From NCBI GenBank assembly GCA_965235115.1, contig OZ249442.1, positions 18,848,001-18,912,000 of the forward strand: a stretch of DNA of 64,000 nt, in the 5' to 3' direction. This stretch comes from Laetmonice hystrix. Lineage: Eukaryota. A model generated the notes under the pieces. It saw only the letters and a list, made by a program, of their open reading frames with translations. It did not search any database and was not told the DNA's origin. Within the stretch, counting starts at the first letter, position 1; every line of letters begins with the position of its first letter. The position numbers and the translations under genes are program-made. Positions 40,419 to 53,083 of this stretch are shown one piece after another.

Positions 40419-40932
40419 TTGACCTGTTGGTCGGTGCGCCGGTGGCCGATGGGTTAGGTGTCTGCGCTGTTGGTGGATCTGACATATCGGTGGATATTTT
40501 TTTAAGGAGATAGAAGGGTTAGCCTTAAGAAATAAGTGAACTTGCCTGTTTTTAATCAATCATATTTCGGAAACCTAATAATCAAACATTAACCAGAATA
40601 ATACTGTATAGAGTATTTAAATTGCCTATATATGTCAACCTAAATATTTTTTGTTGATCACATTTTACCAGGATATCCCGCTCGACTATGTTGCCGTCAC
40701 AAATGCAGGATCCTGGGGTAGGGACAACCGTTATTAAACTCTGTAATTTGTATACTGAGATAGGCCTGTAACATTTATAGCTATCAATGTTCTTTCTGTT
40801 GAAGTGTTATAGAGAAGCTCATGAAGGCATTTCCTCATCAAGTTAGAATTTCCGTAACCCTACTATTACTGACCTGATTTACATTAAAGTAACTTATTAT
40901 TGGCGGCAGTGTCGGGTTTGTCAACCTCACTG

Positions 40933-41130
40933 GGGCCCGTTGCATAAAAAAATCTCCGCCCGCTCCGTTAAAATGCCCCGTTAAAATAGCGGGGACCTTT
41001 TAGGTGCCCGTTAAAAAACAACAGTTAACGGGAACTGTAGCAGGTGGGAATTTATTATGCAACGCAACATCCCGTTAACTGACCGTTAGCGGCGGATTTA
41101 ACGGGCGGGGATTTTTTATGCAACGCACCC
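40933..41130. mobile_element. MITE, PIF/Harbinger-like, 198 bp
   Basis: About 30-bp TIRs: GGGCCCGTTGCATAAAAAAATCTCCGCCCG on the left, and the right end reads GGGTGCGTTGCATAAAAAATCCCCGCCCG on the minus strand. CTG flanks both sides (40930-40932, 41131-41133). A 3-bp CWG target duplication is known for some animal Harbinger elements. Confidence 0.85.
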
Positions 41131-42192
41131 CTGAGGACAGATCCGGACCAGGGCTTTCAGCAGGTCATCTTCCGGCTAATTTAGTTCACGGGGGACTGAA
41201 AACTGAACTAAAGTGGACGTCCGAATTAGAGTCCATTTTATAATCATCACCAGACATTGTCGGCAAATAATAACACCACCATAGTTAGCGCCAACTGTAC
41301 ACGGATTCCGTGTGTTTCAAGTACTGTCGACGACAAGAAAAGTTAATGCCATAGGTCATGTTGAACTGAGCTAATTGTACGAGTAGCTCAACCTGTACGG
41401 CCGGGGTCTCCCGGAAAGTGCGGTTCCAAATAGACTCCATGGAAAATTCCAAGAGTTGATACCACGTAAGATGAAAACGATCCCTTTTCTCTGAGTGACC
41501 CGATGAGGATATCTATGAGTTAAAACAGAGGAGGAAACTGGCAGTGATCGTAAGAGGTGGACTATTCCTTCATATAAAGGACATTGTTGAAACCATTAAA
41601 GAGGCCAGGAAATGTAAAATAGCCACCATCCGTCAGCGATGCCATTGTCAGGGTCAGGAGGCTGGAGCACCTTGGTTGTTGGAATGTGTGTGTGCGGTGA
41701 AAGACGGCAAGCCCAATCGGCAGTTGTGATGCCATGTTACATGGCTGCCCCAACATTTGCCCCATAGTGGACAATGACCACGGAAGGTAGCAAACGTCAT
41801 AACCATCACCTGCCATGATCGATGGATGGTAAACATTTCGGACGACAATATGACCACGTATTACCAGCCTTTCTTATGCATATGGCAGCAGAACACCTAA
41901 GGACCTGTCAGCAGTTTCTCAGGATCGAGCCAATCTGGTAAGGGCCAGCTGGAACAATGACCTTAGAAAGGCCTGTCATGACCTCTTTGGACAAGATGGA
42001 TGTAAGGTATTCAGAGCCAGGATGTAAAATGGCGACTGATGCAAATTGCTGGTCAGTACATCACTTGTGGCCTCACAAAGTTAGGACATTGCTGCTCGAA
42101 ACGGCAACTAGGCCTAGGTTAATTTATTCTCGGAAGATTGTCAAGTAATTTGTTACCACACCTGTTCGTACAATCAGTATTGTCCCCGACCC

Positions 42193-42403
42193 CTTGAAAC
42201 TGTTGTGATGGAAACCGTTCTATTGTTCGCCGTGGGAAGGTCCTCTTAATTTGTGACAATGGGAGGGATGGTTTTAAACATTTGGATTCATATTCATCGG
42301 AAGCGTAGAGCAGAACTTTTCAATTCTCCGAGAGGGAGGTGGGGGGGTCGGGGGGGGCGAGGGGGGGATGTGGTGGCGGAAAACCCAGTGTAACAGTTTC
42401 AAG
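42193..42403. mobile_element. Possible degenerate MITE-like element
   Basis: Perfect 12-bp inverted repeat CTTGAAACTGTT (42193-42204) / AACAGTTTCAAG (42392-42403) encloses G-runs. No TSD seen. Confidence 0.35.
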
Positions 42404-42455
42404 TGAGCCCCCCCCCCCTTCAACATCCCCCCCGGTCATCTGAACCTAGGTTCAA

Positions 42456-42554
42456 ATGACCCCCTCCAGTTTCAAATGAAAAAGTAACCCTAACTACCCC
42501 TAATCTAAGGTTTTGGGTTAGGGTTATTTTGTATTTGAAACTGGAGGGGGTCAT
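42456..42554. mobile_element. Fold-back (hairpin) element with telomere-like core, 99 bp
   Basis: Perfect 22-bp inverted arms ATGACCCCCTCCAGTTTCAAAT (42456-42477) / ATTTGAAACTGGAGGGGGTCAT (42533-42554). An inner TAACCCTAAC / GTTAGGGTTA pair extends the stem. Confidence 0.7.
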
Positions 42555-44580
42555 ATGGGGACGGGGCCTGCTCAGGGCCCGGTTTCAGAAAGATTAAGAT
42601 TACTTATTACGGTCGGTGTATTCAATTAAATATTAAAATATTGAGAAAACATGAGTGGCCAAATGAGGTGTTTATTAAAAGTAAAAACTATTGTTAAAAA
42701 TTGAAGTAATTCCCGTAGTCAATGAAGATAATAGGTTTTTCACTTCAATGAACAAGGTAAATTACCAAGTGTAGTTCAGGTGCACGTTTTCATGGACAAA
42801 AGTAATATACATGTATATCGTTAAATGATCTGGTCGGTTACACAATGCAGACCATGTCACAATATCTCATCTTAAATTTTAGGAAGGGAAAAACTGTTAA
42901 TTGTAATGGGAGAAGCATCCATTGAATGATTCTAATAGATGCTGGCAGCATAAGAAGTCTGGTGAGGTTAATAATTAAAAGTGAGAGCGCCATCTTTTTT
43001 ATTTCTGTATAACTGACACAATATCGTGACTTACCGCACAGACATAGTGGTTTTGAAGGCATCATCTTGTGTATAAATTAGTCCAGAGGCAATGCTTCAG
43101 TTTGATTGCAGTATCTTATTTATAGGATGATACACGTCTGAAGCGGCTGATGGTTTCTATCTAACATGGCTTCTCCGCTGAATCATAATCCCAAAGGGCA
43201 CTGCCCAGTTATAAATCTAAGGTCCTTTGGATCTAAGCGGTAGATTAGCAAAGTTCTTCGATCATGATCAGTGTTAATCCGCCGTGGATGGATTAAACAC
43301 ATCAAGGAGGGGTGAATGAGGGGGACCAGGGAGGTCACATGGTAAAGGTAGTCTTTCAACAATCCTACCTTATTATTTACGGCATCTATGCCAGACATCA
43401 GCTTACAGTTCTTACCTCAACTATTGTGTACTAGTCACGGTGAAAGGAGAGAGAAATGATCTCTGAGAGTGGCATTAACTTGACCAGGACGGAGACCATC
43501 AGGGTAAGCTTTTAATGGTGCAAAGAAAATGTGGACTTAATCCAGGGCCCTGATTAAGAAGGGTCCCATTGAAAGTGTACCGTAAGCTGCTTACCCCAAG
43601 CTTAATGCGTGTCCATTGTTTGCCACCTGGTAAGGTAAACAACAGTGTGGTGTAGGCTGTTGTTAATTGGTAGGGGTCTGATCGTCAGATCGGACCATGA
43701 CCTACAAATAAACATGACCACCTCCATTTCCTAATTTGAGTCTGTGATGAGGGGAAGGGACTGACTTTAAGAGGGAGGTGTGCAAAGTACATCATGTTTA
43801 TGATGAGTTACTGAGGGTCATGTGACGAGCAAACAGAGACAGGTGATAAGCCCACCTCAACAGGTGTTCATTAGTTATCATGTGAGCACACATATATTGG
43901 ATTCAATGTTGATCATGGTGCCGAAGGTATTTGAAAGTTGTAACAGTTAGTGAAGGCCGTGTGGCCAATATTTACTGACTTTCCCCCTCCTCCCCCGTCC
44001 TTGATACCTGTGTGTAAAAAGGTCTCCTTGCTGGGGCCGAGGAACTTCAGGTTTTTGTTGTTGATCTTCCCTACTTTGAAGAAACTAATCACGATCACGA
44101 AGCGTTTATAGATGCCATTGGATATTTGAAGTGTTTATTGGGCACCTTTGGTCCAGTTTGGCTTCGTAATTCGAACTTGACTGTAGTTGGAGTGTTTTCC
44201 ATTGAGTGTAGAGTTTCTCGACGGGTTCCAAATCAGTAGATTATTTTTTATATTGCTTATTATGGCTGGTAGCGAAATGATTTCAGTATAATTGATATTA
44301 TCGATGTGTTCATATTTAAATTGGTTTTCAACTGTTATAATTTGGACCAGTCCTCTTATTGAATTTCAGGCCGTGATTGGAGTGAAATGCATTACCTGCA
44401 TCATTACCATGGAAAACATTGACTGCATCTTGTGTTTCATATGATTCAAATTAAGTCCGTGAGAAGAAATTTGATATTATCTTAAGAAATTCGAAACGTC
44501 GGTATCAGTCTCGCTTTGTTTTTAACAATCTAAGTCGGTCTTGCAATTGCAATGGATTACAAGTGGAGATGAATGTTATT

Positions 44581-44993
44581 TGAATATGGGTCGGTAGGAG
44601 TCAGCCTCTTGCCGGGGCAGTGAATATGGCTCGGTAGGAGTCAGCCTCTTGCCAGGCTGTGAATATGGTTCGGTAGGAGTCAGCCTCTTGTCGGGGCTGT
44701 GAATATGGTTCGGTAGGAGTCAGCCTCTTGTCGGGGCAGTGAATATGGTTCGGTAGGAGTCAGCCTCTTGTCGGGGCTGTGAATATGGTTCGGTAGGAGT
44801 CAGCCTCTTGTCGGGGCAGTGAATATGGTTCGGTAGGAGTCAGCCTCTTGCCGGGCAGTGAATATGGTTCGGTAGGAGTCAGCCTCTTGCCGGGGCAGTG
44901 AATATGGCTCGGTAGGAGTCAGCCTCTTGCCGGGGCAGTGAATATGGCTCGGTAGGAGTCAGCCTCTTGTCGTAGCAGTGAATATGGCTCGGT
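44581..44993. repeat. Minisatellite, 10 x 39-40 bp plus partial
   Basis: Unit TGAATATGG(T/C)TCGGTAGGAGTCAGCCTCTTG(T/C)CGGGGC(A/T)G, head-to-tail. Confidence 0.97.
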
Positions 44994-47900
44994 CGGGCAG
45001 TGACCAGTGCCTCTCGCTGACGACAACAAGCGGTCACAGAAAGTACAGTTCCCCCTTTTTCAGAGGAGCCTATAAAATAAAAACCTCTTTCAGCAGGTCT
45101 TATTCTAAGTGGTAACATGTAATATCACGACCGACGGGCGGGAAGCATTCTATTGGGTTTGGGTTCTGTGTCGGTCGGGTTTAGTAAGGTGGAAATAGCT
45201 GCAGGGCCTCCTGGTGACAGGGAGACACCATACTGATACGTGGCATTTCACACAACAACAGAAGGCAATTTTACTCGGGTTCATGAAAAAAATTGACAGA
45301 ATTAGCAAATTTGGTTTGTGATTTTATGTAGACATTTTCTGTTCATTCCCGTAATGAAAAAATTAAACGTTACCTAAGGATGGTTTACTTTAAAAAATTG
45401 GAAAGTGCATTTGAGCTAGCCACTCATTGTCATAGACCGCAGTGAGTGGCAGAAGATTTCAAGATGGGCGAGCGGCGATAGAATGATGCATTGTTACTGG
45501 AGATACCTAGAAAATGGGTTGAACCGTCTCTGGTGGGACAATGCAGCACATGGTGGGGTGACAGTGAGGTTAGGCTAGCTGGGGCGGAGAAGGGCGTGAT
45601 CCTGCTTCATCCATTCCGCACATCTTGTCCTGCATTATGATCTGTTAATTGCATCCATTGCATGACCAAGGATCATGCACAGAGTGCAAATATGGCAGGC
45701 AAACAGGAGCACATTGGTTAGTAGCGCGCACTGTGCATCCAATCGCCCAGTGCCCATTATGTTTAGATGCAGCCAACCCAGTCGTCAAAATATGCCGGTA
45801 ATAGAAGGGAAAGTCCGACCTCTTCCATGTGTTGATATACTGGGAGTCGTACCAAAGTCGCCGAAACTGGAAGGCTGGCCTGTCGCAATAAATTGTCCGC
45901 TGTCACGGATGTTCTTTCCTAATGCTCTCATGTTACGAGCTGGCTCGCATGTTTAAACCATTAAAATAATTAGGAGACTTCGCTGCTGTTAGACTGGAGT
46001 AGGGACGAAGGAGTTGCATACATTTCCGAAGTGTGACTTTTATTTTCACCCCCACCTCCACCCCCAGAGAGACTGGACATATTTGGGTTGGATATTGTCA
46101 CTCAGACAGAAGGGGTCTTGCTGTTCATTCGAGTGTGACCATCCATCATCCTTTATCTTTGATACATAAACAGTGAGCAGGATTCTTGAATTCATTGTGT
46201 TATTGTTGAAAACTTACTTTTAGGTGATTAGTTAGAGCCTTTATTCCGGAAATTTAGGTGGTAAATGCAGCAGTAATCGTGACTCAAAAATTGGTAATAT
46301 GACTGAATATGATACGTCTAGTGCTCTGACACCAAAGAGGCCATAAATCCAACCAGGCGTGACTAGCAGGCCAGATGAAGAATGAGGAGGTCACATAGAG
46401 GGTCAGCATGAAAAAATAGATAACATGTTATTTCTAAAGCAAGAGAAAGAAGATTTTCTTCACCCGCTTTGAAGCAACTTTTGCAACTCAAGTCAGAAAA
46501 TGAAGACTGTGTTTTGCGAATGTTGACACGTCTACCAGTCACCAAGTACTTTCAACCACAAACCTTGCTAGTTGCATGTTTACCATTCAGTATGGAAAGG
46601 AAGCTGATGAGGATTTATGCTAGAGAATGAACTTAAACTCTTCTCTGGGCGCCTATTATATCTGACTTCCTTGACTACAGACGTGCTCATAATGCATGAC
46701 CATCGGTCGTAAGGTAGACGGCTCACTAAGTGGAACAGTGGCGCCCCCACAGGGATGAAAGGAGGCATGATGCGACCGCAGACATTCGGGCATCAAGATA
46801 TACTTGTTCGCTTCTACCATGGTAGGGCTGGAATATAGTTTGTAACTCCTGTGATACCCAACATAAATATGACCTGCTGTCAGCGACCAATGAGAACTGC
46901 CATGTACAGTATCCTCGGACAGGAATATATCTGGGTGTATGATATAAAGCGCCACTTACTTGAATATTTAGGATTCTTACGATGGGATACCTGCAGGAAG
47001 CGTAGTGACGAGGTAAAATAGTGGGGGGGGGGGGGGGGGGGGGGGGGGGTAATTCGCTCGGAGAAAGGCAGGGATCGGATGGTTTAAAGGTAGAAGCCAC
47101 AAAAACCTGCCACCATGGTATATATTAGACCCTGGAACAACAGCGACCGCATGCAGTTCGATGATGGATGTTGGATGGCATAGTATATTTATTTATTTAT
47201 TTATTCATGGGCGAGCGAGTGGTTGATGGGTCGGTCGGTTAGCATGAAGCATCAGTTATGACATTGTGGACAGGTTGACTGACCAGTCCGTATGCCAGTT
47301 CTCCACACCAACCGGACACTGCCCAACGTGCTTTATCGTGTGATCATTAGTTCACAGCTACACCCAGCGTTTCTGGGAAAATTTCTCCTTTCGGGAGGGA
47401 GTCGATGGACATGGGTGGGGTGGGGGGGGGGGGGGTACCTGAGGGAGAGGTGTTTGAACAAAATACAGCAAGAAAACTATTTTGGGGTAGTCTCTCCCAA
47501 AGCGGGCCTGTAAGAAACCCTTACACCCCACCCCCTGCACAAGAATGGGGTGGACCAGGATATTATTATAATATCTCAGGCTGTCTTTTTAAGAAATATG
47601 ATGTGTATTTTGAGAAATGATATGAAGATGGCTGGAAATCAGTAAGGTAAGAGGTGTCGTGTGTTTTTGATGTGTAATCGCTCTTTTTTTTTTGAAGAGG
47701 ATGGTTCTAGATATCTTCTTTCGTAAAGGCTGACTAGCCTAAGATTAGCAGTAAATGTCATCAACCTAGATCGGCCAAAGGAGAGTAGAAGTTAGTTAGG
47801 AGGTCAAGTGGATGGCGTCCAGTCAGAGGTAATCTACCAGCCTTATTCATTCTCATGCTAACTGAAGAGGCAAGATCAGATAACATGTGTCTAAATGTTC

Positions 47901-50900
47901 AACCACCCCCCTAACCCCCTGACCACAGTCAGGATGGCTTACTGGTCAAAGGCCTAAATTATCACTCTTTTGTTTGTCCAGAGGAATGTTTCACCAGTTT
48001 ATCAGGGGCTCACACTAGCGGCCCCCATTTTTATCAACGTTATGGAGTGCCTAGAGTCCGTGGGGTCAGGCCGCCCGTGTCGATCCTGATAATTATGTTG
48101 ATTGCACCACCTTTGTCCCCTCGGTGTTGCTGGCTGCCAATTAGTGACTGGAACAGTGGAGTGCTCTACTTCACAATGGAAAACTGTTGGGTATGTGGCC
48201 CTTATACTCCGCCAGTGGCCTACACTTGAATTCGTTGTCAGGTAGTAGTAGTCGTGTGTGTTGTTTCCATTCACCGGATCAGGACTCGGGGATGGGGGGG
48301 GGGGGGGGGTCTCCTCCGCCTCTCCCAATGCAACACCTTATAATGGCAGAATACTTAAAAACATCGGCAGACTAGGACAAACTTTAGGAGGAACTCTGGC
48401 TGAGGAGCACCGCCTGAGACTTTCTGTGATTTATACTGAACTAGAAACCAAGGGAGTAGAAAGTTTGGAGTGAGTTTACCGGTGTCGGTAGTCAGTGTTG
48501 AGATCAGAGGTTGATGAGCGTGACCTCTATCTGGGCAGCACTCCCGCCTGCCCCCCCCCCGTCTGACGACCCACCACCCCATCGTGCCCCCCCCCCTCCA
48601 TTCTCCTTCAGGCACGTAATTAGACCAGGTTTTCATTCGTGAATGCCTGGTCTGCTGATCCCTGGTTGAATTCTATCAGCAGACATCATCCTGTATTCTG
48701 AATGCATCTCGGATCAGTACAACAGCCTGGCCAGTGTGGTAGGCAATGAGCAGGGGCCAATTAAAAACGGCAAAAAAAAAAAACTGTAGACAAATACGGC
48801 TGGGTAACGAGAGCAGATCAGCGCGCTGGTGGCGTTAGTGCTGATTACACAGGTGTGTCGGGCGGGAGGGCGGCCGGCCGGACGAACCATGCTGCGCCAG
48901 GCGTTCACGCTGACTGACGCCCGCTTGACTTGTCGTACTCAGTGAGCACTCGGTCAGATGGACCAGGCCAGTGGAGCAGGCGATGAGTGACCACCTCTAT
49001 GTCCAGGTGACGGGGCAGATTGGCGGCCACAGCTGAGACGTGAATACGACGACTGAGGCGGGGGAGGAGGAGGAGGCAGCGGACAGCAGCAGGAGCCGTG
49101 GTTGGAGTCTGTATGTTGGTGTTAGGTGTTGGTTGTATTGGTGTTGGGAGCCAAGCGGGCACACTTAGGAAAGGAGGATGCCCACATAACACCACCCGTG
49201 ACGGAGTCGTCGTTTACCTGCTGCATGACAATTCGATCGGAGGCGGAGCTTACACCTCATGTCCTGTTGACGGACTGTACCGTATCTGACATGTCAACAC
49301 TGACAGCAAGTTGTGTCCATTGGAGCCATAGTAAACGGGTCGTGGATGTTACCTTTTCACGGGATTGTAGTACCTAGTATTACCGGCACATCACCAGGTA
49401 AGTTCTGCCGCTACTCCTCTGTACACATAACATGATCTGGGCGGTTGTGGTCAGTGACCTGACTGACGTCCCTTGTCGTGTCCCACTCACACAGGTCCAC
49501 ACGTCCACACACGCCGACAATCGATCTGTCGGCCCGGCTGGCTGCTCCATCCCGCGGGAGTCTCGATCTCTGCATGATCCCCACATCATGTCATGTTTAC
49601 ACGGTGAAGGCCAAAGTTTCTGGGTTCCATTGGTACACAGCTGAGACACCTGGAGTCCCATTGTTAGAAGATTAGTCGGTCCACATACATATATACAGCG
49701 TCAGGACCTTTTGACTGCTCGGTATAGCATCAGCTGAGAGTGTAGACTGACTGACACAGTGACTGGCTGAGGACTGAGGGGGGTCGACCTCGCTTGACAA
49801 ACTGGGTGACAACGGCAAGCCTTTCCATGTGGGGGGTCCCTCCCTCCCTACCTCCCTTCCTCCCACTTTCCTCCCTCCCTCCCATACAGACAGATAGGGT
49901 AATCCAGGGCTGATAGATCTAGGGAAGAAGTAATATTATTGGTGGGTGTCTGACTGGGTGCAGGTGAGATATGTATGCATGCCAAGTACTTGGCCACTTG
50001 ACAGCAGAAGTAGGTGCCAGTGCTGGCCCTCCCGCTCGAGACGCCGTTTTACTATTGACGGAAATGCTGGCTGTCTCAGCAGAGAGAACTTTGTGACTTT
50101 TGTGTACTACCTGGATGTAGTACAAGCCAGCCGCCGGGATGCTAGGGGTGAGGGTAGGGGTGAGGAGGATGTGTGGGGGTGGGGTAGGGGTACATTCATA
50201 TGGGGGCAAGGGCGGTGGTAAGCTCAGGTACGATTGAATCAGATTTTTCTAACTGACAATGATAAATCTACCCCCTCCCCCGATCATCAAGTAGATTAGC
50301 CAATTTATCTGTGTCAAGTGATGCAGTTGTTTTTATTGACTGTTTGAAATCCTTACCGGTAACGGTTTTTCGTGTTGAACAAGAATATGGCATATAAAAC
50401 GATAACTGTTTTTGAATCAGGTTGTTGATTTTAGCAGTTATTAAAAACAAATTAATTGTATGGATAAGTCCCGGTGCTGTTTGTTTCAATGCATCGGACC
50501 GTGATGAAAAGATTACTAGGGATGGAGAGAGAAGCGCCTCAGGGTGTCAACCACTTGAGTGCAGCACAATTTACTTCAAGATTTATGATGGAGCGCAGGT
50601 TTTTTTCTAACCCAGCGCGCTGTGGCATGCATGGTTCATACATACTTAGTGCAGATAGATCAGGCAATCATGAACTCGACATAACCAGAGTAATGTGGCA
50701 TTTAATCAAGTTTGACCCTAAGAAATATACAACCGACTGTGATTGATGTTTGAAATGAAGCGTTTACTATTAATTCATCCATAAAGTGAAGAGTTCCCAG
50801 AATCATCGAATGTATGATAAATAAAGACCTGTACGAGTATACCATTCGACCCTAATTGTAAGAATAATTTACCAGTAGTTATCTCTGGGTGGCGTAAGAT

Positions 50901-51504
50901 CGTCGTATACATGTATATGTTTATTGCTTTTGATCATTTTTATCATTTAATATACACCTTAGGCCCGCGAGCACTCCCTACTCCTGGGTGATGCGTTGAG
51001 GCCCAAGCACTCATGTATCTCATTAAGCTCTTTGAGGCATTGTCTAGCAGTGCGTATCCATTATTTCCTGGAATAGGTAGGACTCTTTACAGTGCACTAC
51101 GATACAGCCTGCTATTGATATTGGATTCCAGGTAATCTAACCCAGCACCATACGATGCTTGGGTCAACTATCTGAAAGATCCTGTACTGCACTTTAAACC
51201 TTAAATCTGAAGACTTTTATTTCAGATCTTTTCTTTTCGGTTTTTGCATCGGTAGCCATCACAAGTGTAAATCCTCGTCCTCTCATACTTTTATTTAAAG
51301 TTATACCTTTCTTATTAAGAGCAATATTAACCGGTTTTTATAAGGGACAGTATTTTGGTGTGTGTGTGTGTGTTGCCTAGGGTATTATAGACATATAACT
51401 CTCCAGGGTCAAACTGGTCTCGTTCACCCGGGTGTGTCGTATTACGTTTATAGTTAGTCATTCCTATAGCAGAAACGAAGAGGTATGACGGCCATCCAGG
51501 TATA

Positions 51505-51517
51505 GGGTCAAAGGTCA
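51505..51517 (+). promoter_or_regulatory. Nuclear-receptor DR1-type site
   Basis: GGGTCA-A-AGGTCA matches the DR1 consensus bound by COUP-TF, HNF4 and RXR. A one-mismatch copy lies at 38847-38859. This is a motif match only. Confidence 0.3.
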
Positions 51518-51860
51518 GAGGCCCATACCTCCTCTCTTGCACACTAACCCAGAGTACAAATATAGCAGCAGCAGCAATAAAAAGTACAAACAAAACTGGT
51601 TAATACATGAAGGTTCAACATTAACTTGGAGATAAATGGCGCCTGAAGTAAGAAACTATGTTCAGATACAGGGAGTGTTGAAACTCGCCAAAGTTTTCTC
51701 TAGTGTTCTTGTGGTTGAAACATCAAAACAGTACTATCACGCATTGTGTACAATCATGTGATTCGGGGCCGATTAACTTATTTCCTAATAAGGTCAGCTC
51801 ATTTCTCAATACCCTGAGGTAAAGTTTGTTTGACTTCATGTCGATCATCCCTAATGAATT

Positions 51861-51917
51861 TTACAAGTTTTACTGGGTGTTACAAGTTTTACTGGGTTTT
51901 ACAAGTTTTACTGGGTG
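51861..51917. repeat. 3 x 19-bp tandem repeat
   Basis: TTACAAGTTTTACTGGGT(G/T) occurs three times. Confidence 0.95.
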
Positions 51918-52758
51918 TTACAAAGCTTGGTTAGACCGGTGTGCAAGCCGTTATTACATTGCCAGTATGAACAATACCGCCTCCACTTTCACCAAGCCCA
52001 CACAGCAAGCCCTGTCTGGTGACTCCCTGTGGCGTTTCATCAAAAGAGGAGTATTTTTTGATCACCCTGCCCTCTTGCGGTGACCTGTTTCCATAATGGC
52101 GTCAGGAGTGTAAACATGAGTACCAATGGCTTCCATTTATGGAGTCAGTGAGAGGCCTTTTGAAAGTTAGATAAAGCCGCAAAGTCAGATTTCTTTGATA
52201 CCATGATCAGGCCTTTGTAGATTTGTTAAATATGCCATAGTCCAGAATAATCGGCTCCTCACCTACCTTTTGATATCAAGGTAAGGCACCAGTTAAACTT
52301 TGTACTGAACCAGCAAGTACACATGTACATGTACCTGCTAATTGATAATCTGTCTTTCGAATTACTCTTCTTCAACATTCTTCAGGTGTTTTCTTCCAAA
52401 AGATTTAGTTCAGAGCACCGCTAGTTCTCAAGGTCAGATCGTTGTTACCTGTGATAATCTTCCCTCATGATTGGTTAATCGTGTGTGCTGTGATTGGTTC
52501 AGAATCATGTGATTCTTCTGGATCGACATAAATCTAGGGCTGTCGGAATCCCAGTGTGTCTATATTATCACTGGATTAAATCCAGATTATGTATGTTCTT
52601 TGCAGTTTCCGACATGAAAAATGACCTCCAGAAGTATTTGCTGTGGTCACCGAGTCGGAAAAATAACCTTTCACACCTGACAAGCTTGGTGTTGTTTTTG
52701 GTGCAGGTGTATTAGTGAGTTGACCACTTCTATAGTTGTTTCATCCGATCGCAAGGCA

Positions 52759-53083
52759 CGATGGCCGAGGGTGTCCTCGATCCGGGTTTGATTGTCGATG
52801 GCCGAGGGTGTCCTCGGTCCGGGTTGATTGTCGATGGCCGAGGGTATCCTCGATCCGGGTTGATTGTCGATGGCCGATGGTGTCCTCGATCTGGGTTGAT
52901 TGTCGATGGCCGATGGTGTCCTCGATCTGGGTTGATTGTCGATGGCCGAGGGTGTCCTCGATCCGGGTTGATTGTCGATGGCCGATGGTGTCCTCGATCT
53001 GGGTTGATTGTCGATGGCCGATGGTGTCCTCGATCCGGGTTGATTGTCGATGGCCGAGGGTGTCCTCGATCCGGGTTGATTGT
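52759..53083. repeat. Minisatellite, 9 x 36 bp
   Basis: Unit CGATGGCCGA(G/T)GGTGTCCTCGATC(C/T)GGGTTGATTGT. The first copy is 37 bp. No spacers. Confidence 0.98.

Noticed and set aside
39657-40513. Long ORFs of 100-240 aa
   Set aside because: They are open only because the 48-bp unit lacks stops, they overlap in several frames on both strands, and they end at or near the array edges.
42573-43558. A roughly 1 kb Harbinger-like element from CAGGGCCCGG to the CAGGGCCCTG palindrome at 43536-43558
   Set aside because: The right side matches only GGGCC of the expected TIR and the flanking triplets differ.
24504-53083. CRISPR arrays (the 31, 36, 40 and 48 bp repeats have CRISPR-like lengths and some are palindromic)
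   Set aside because: Units are head-to-tail with no unique spacers, there is no leader or cas gene, and the context is eukaryotic.
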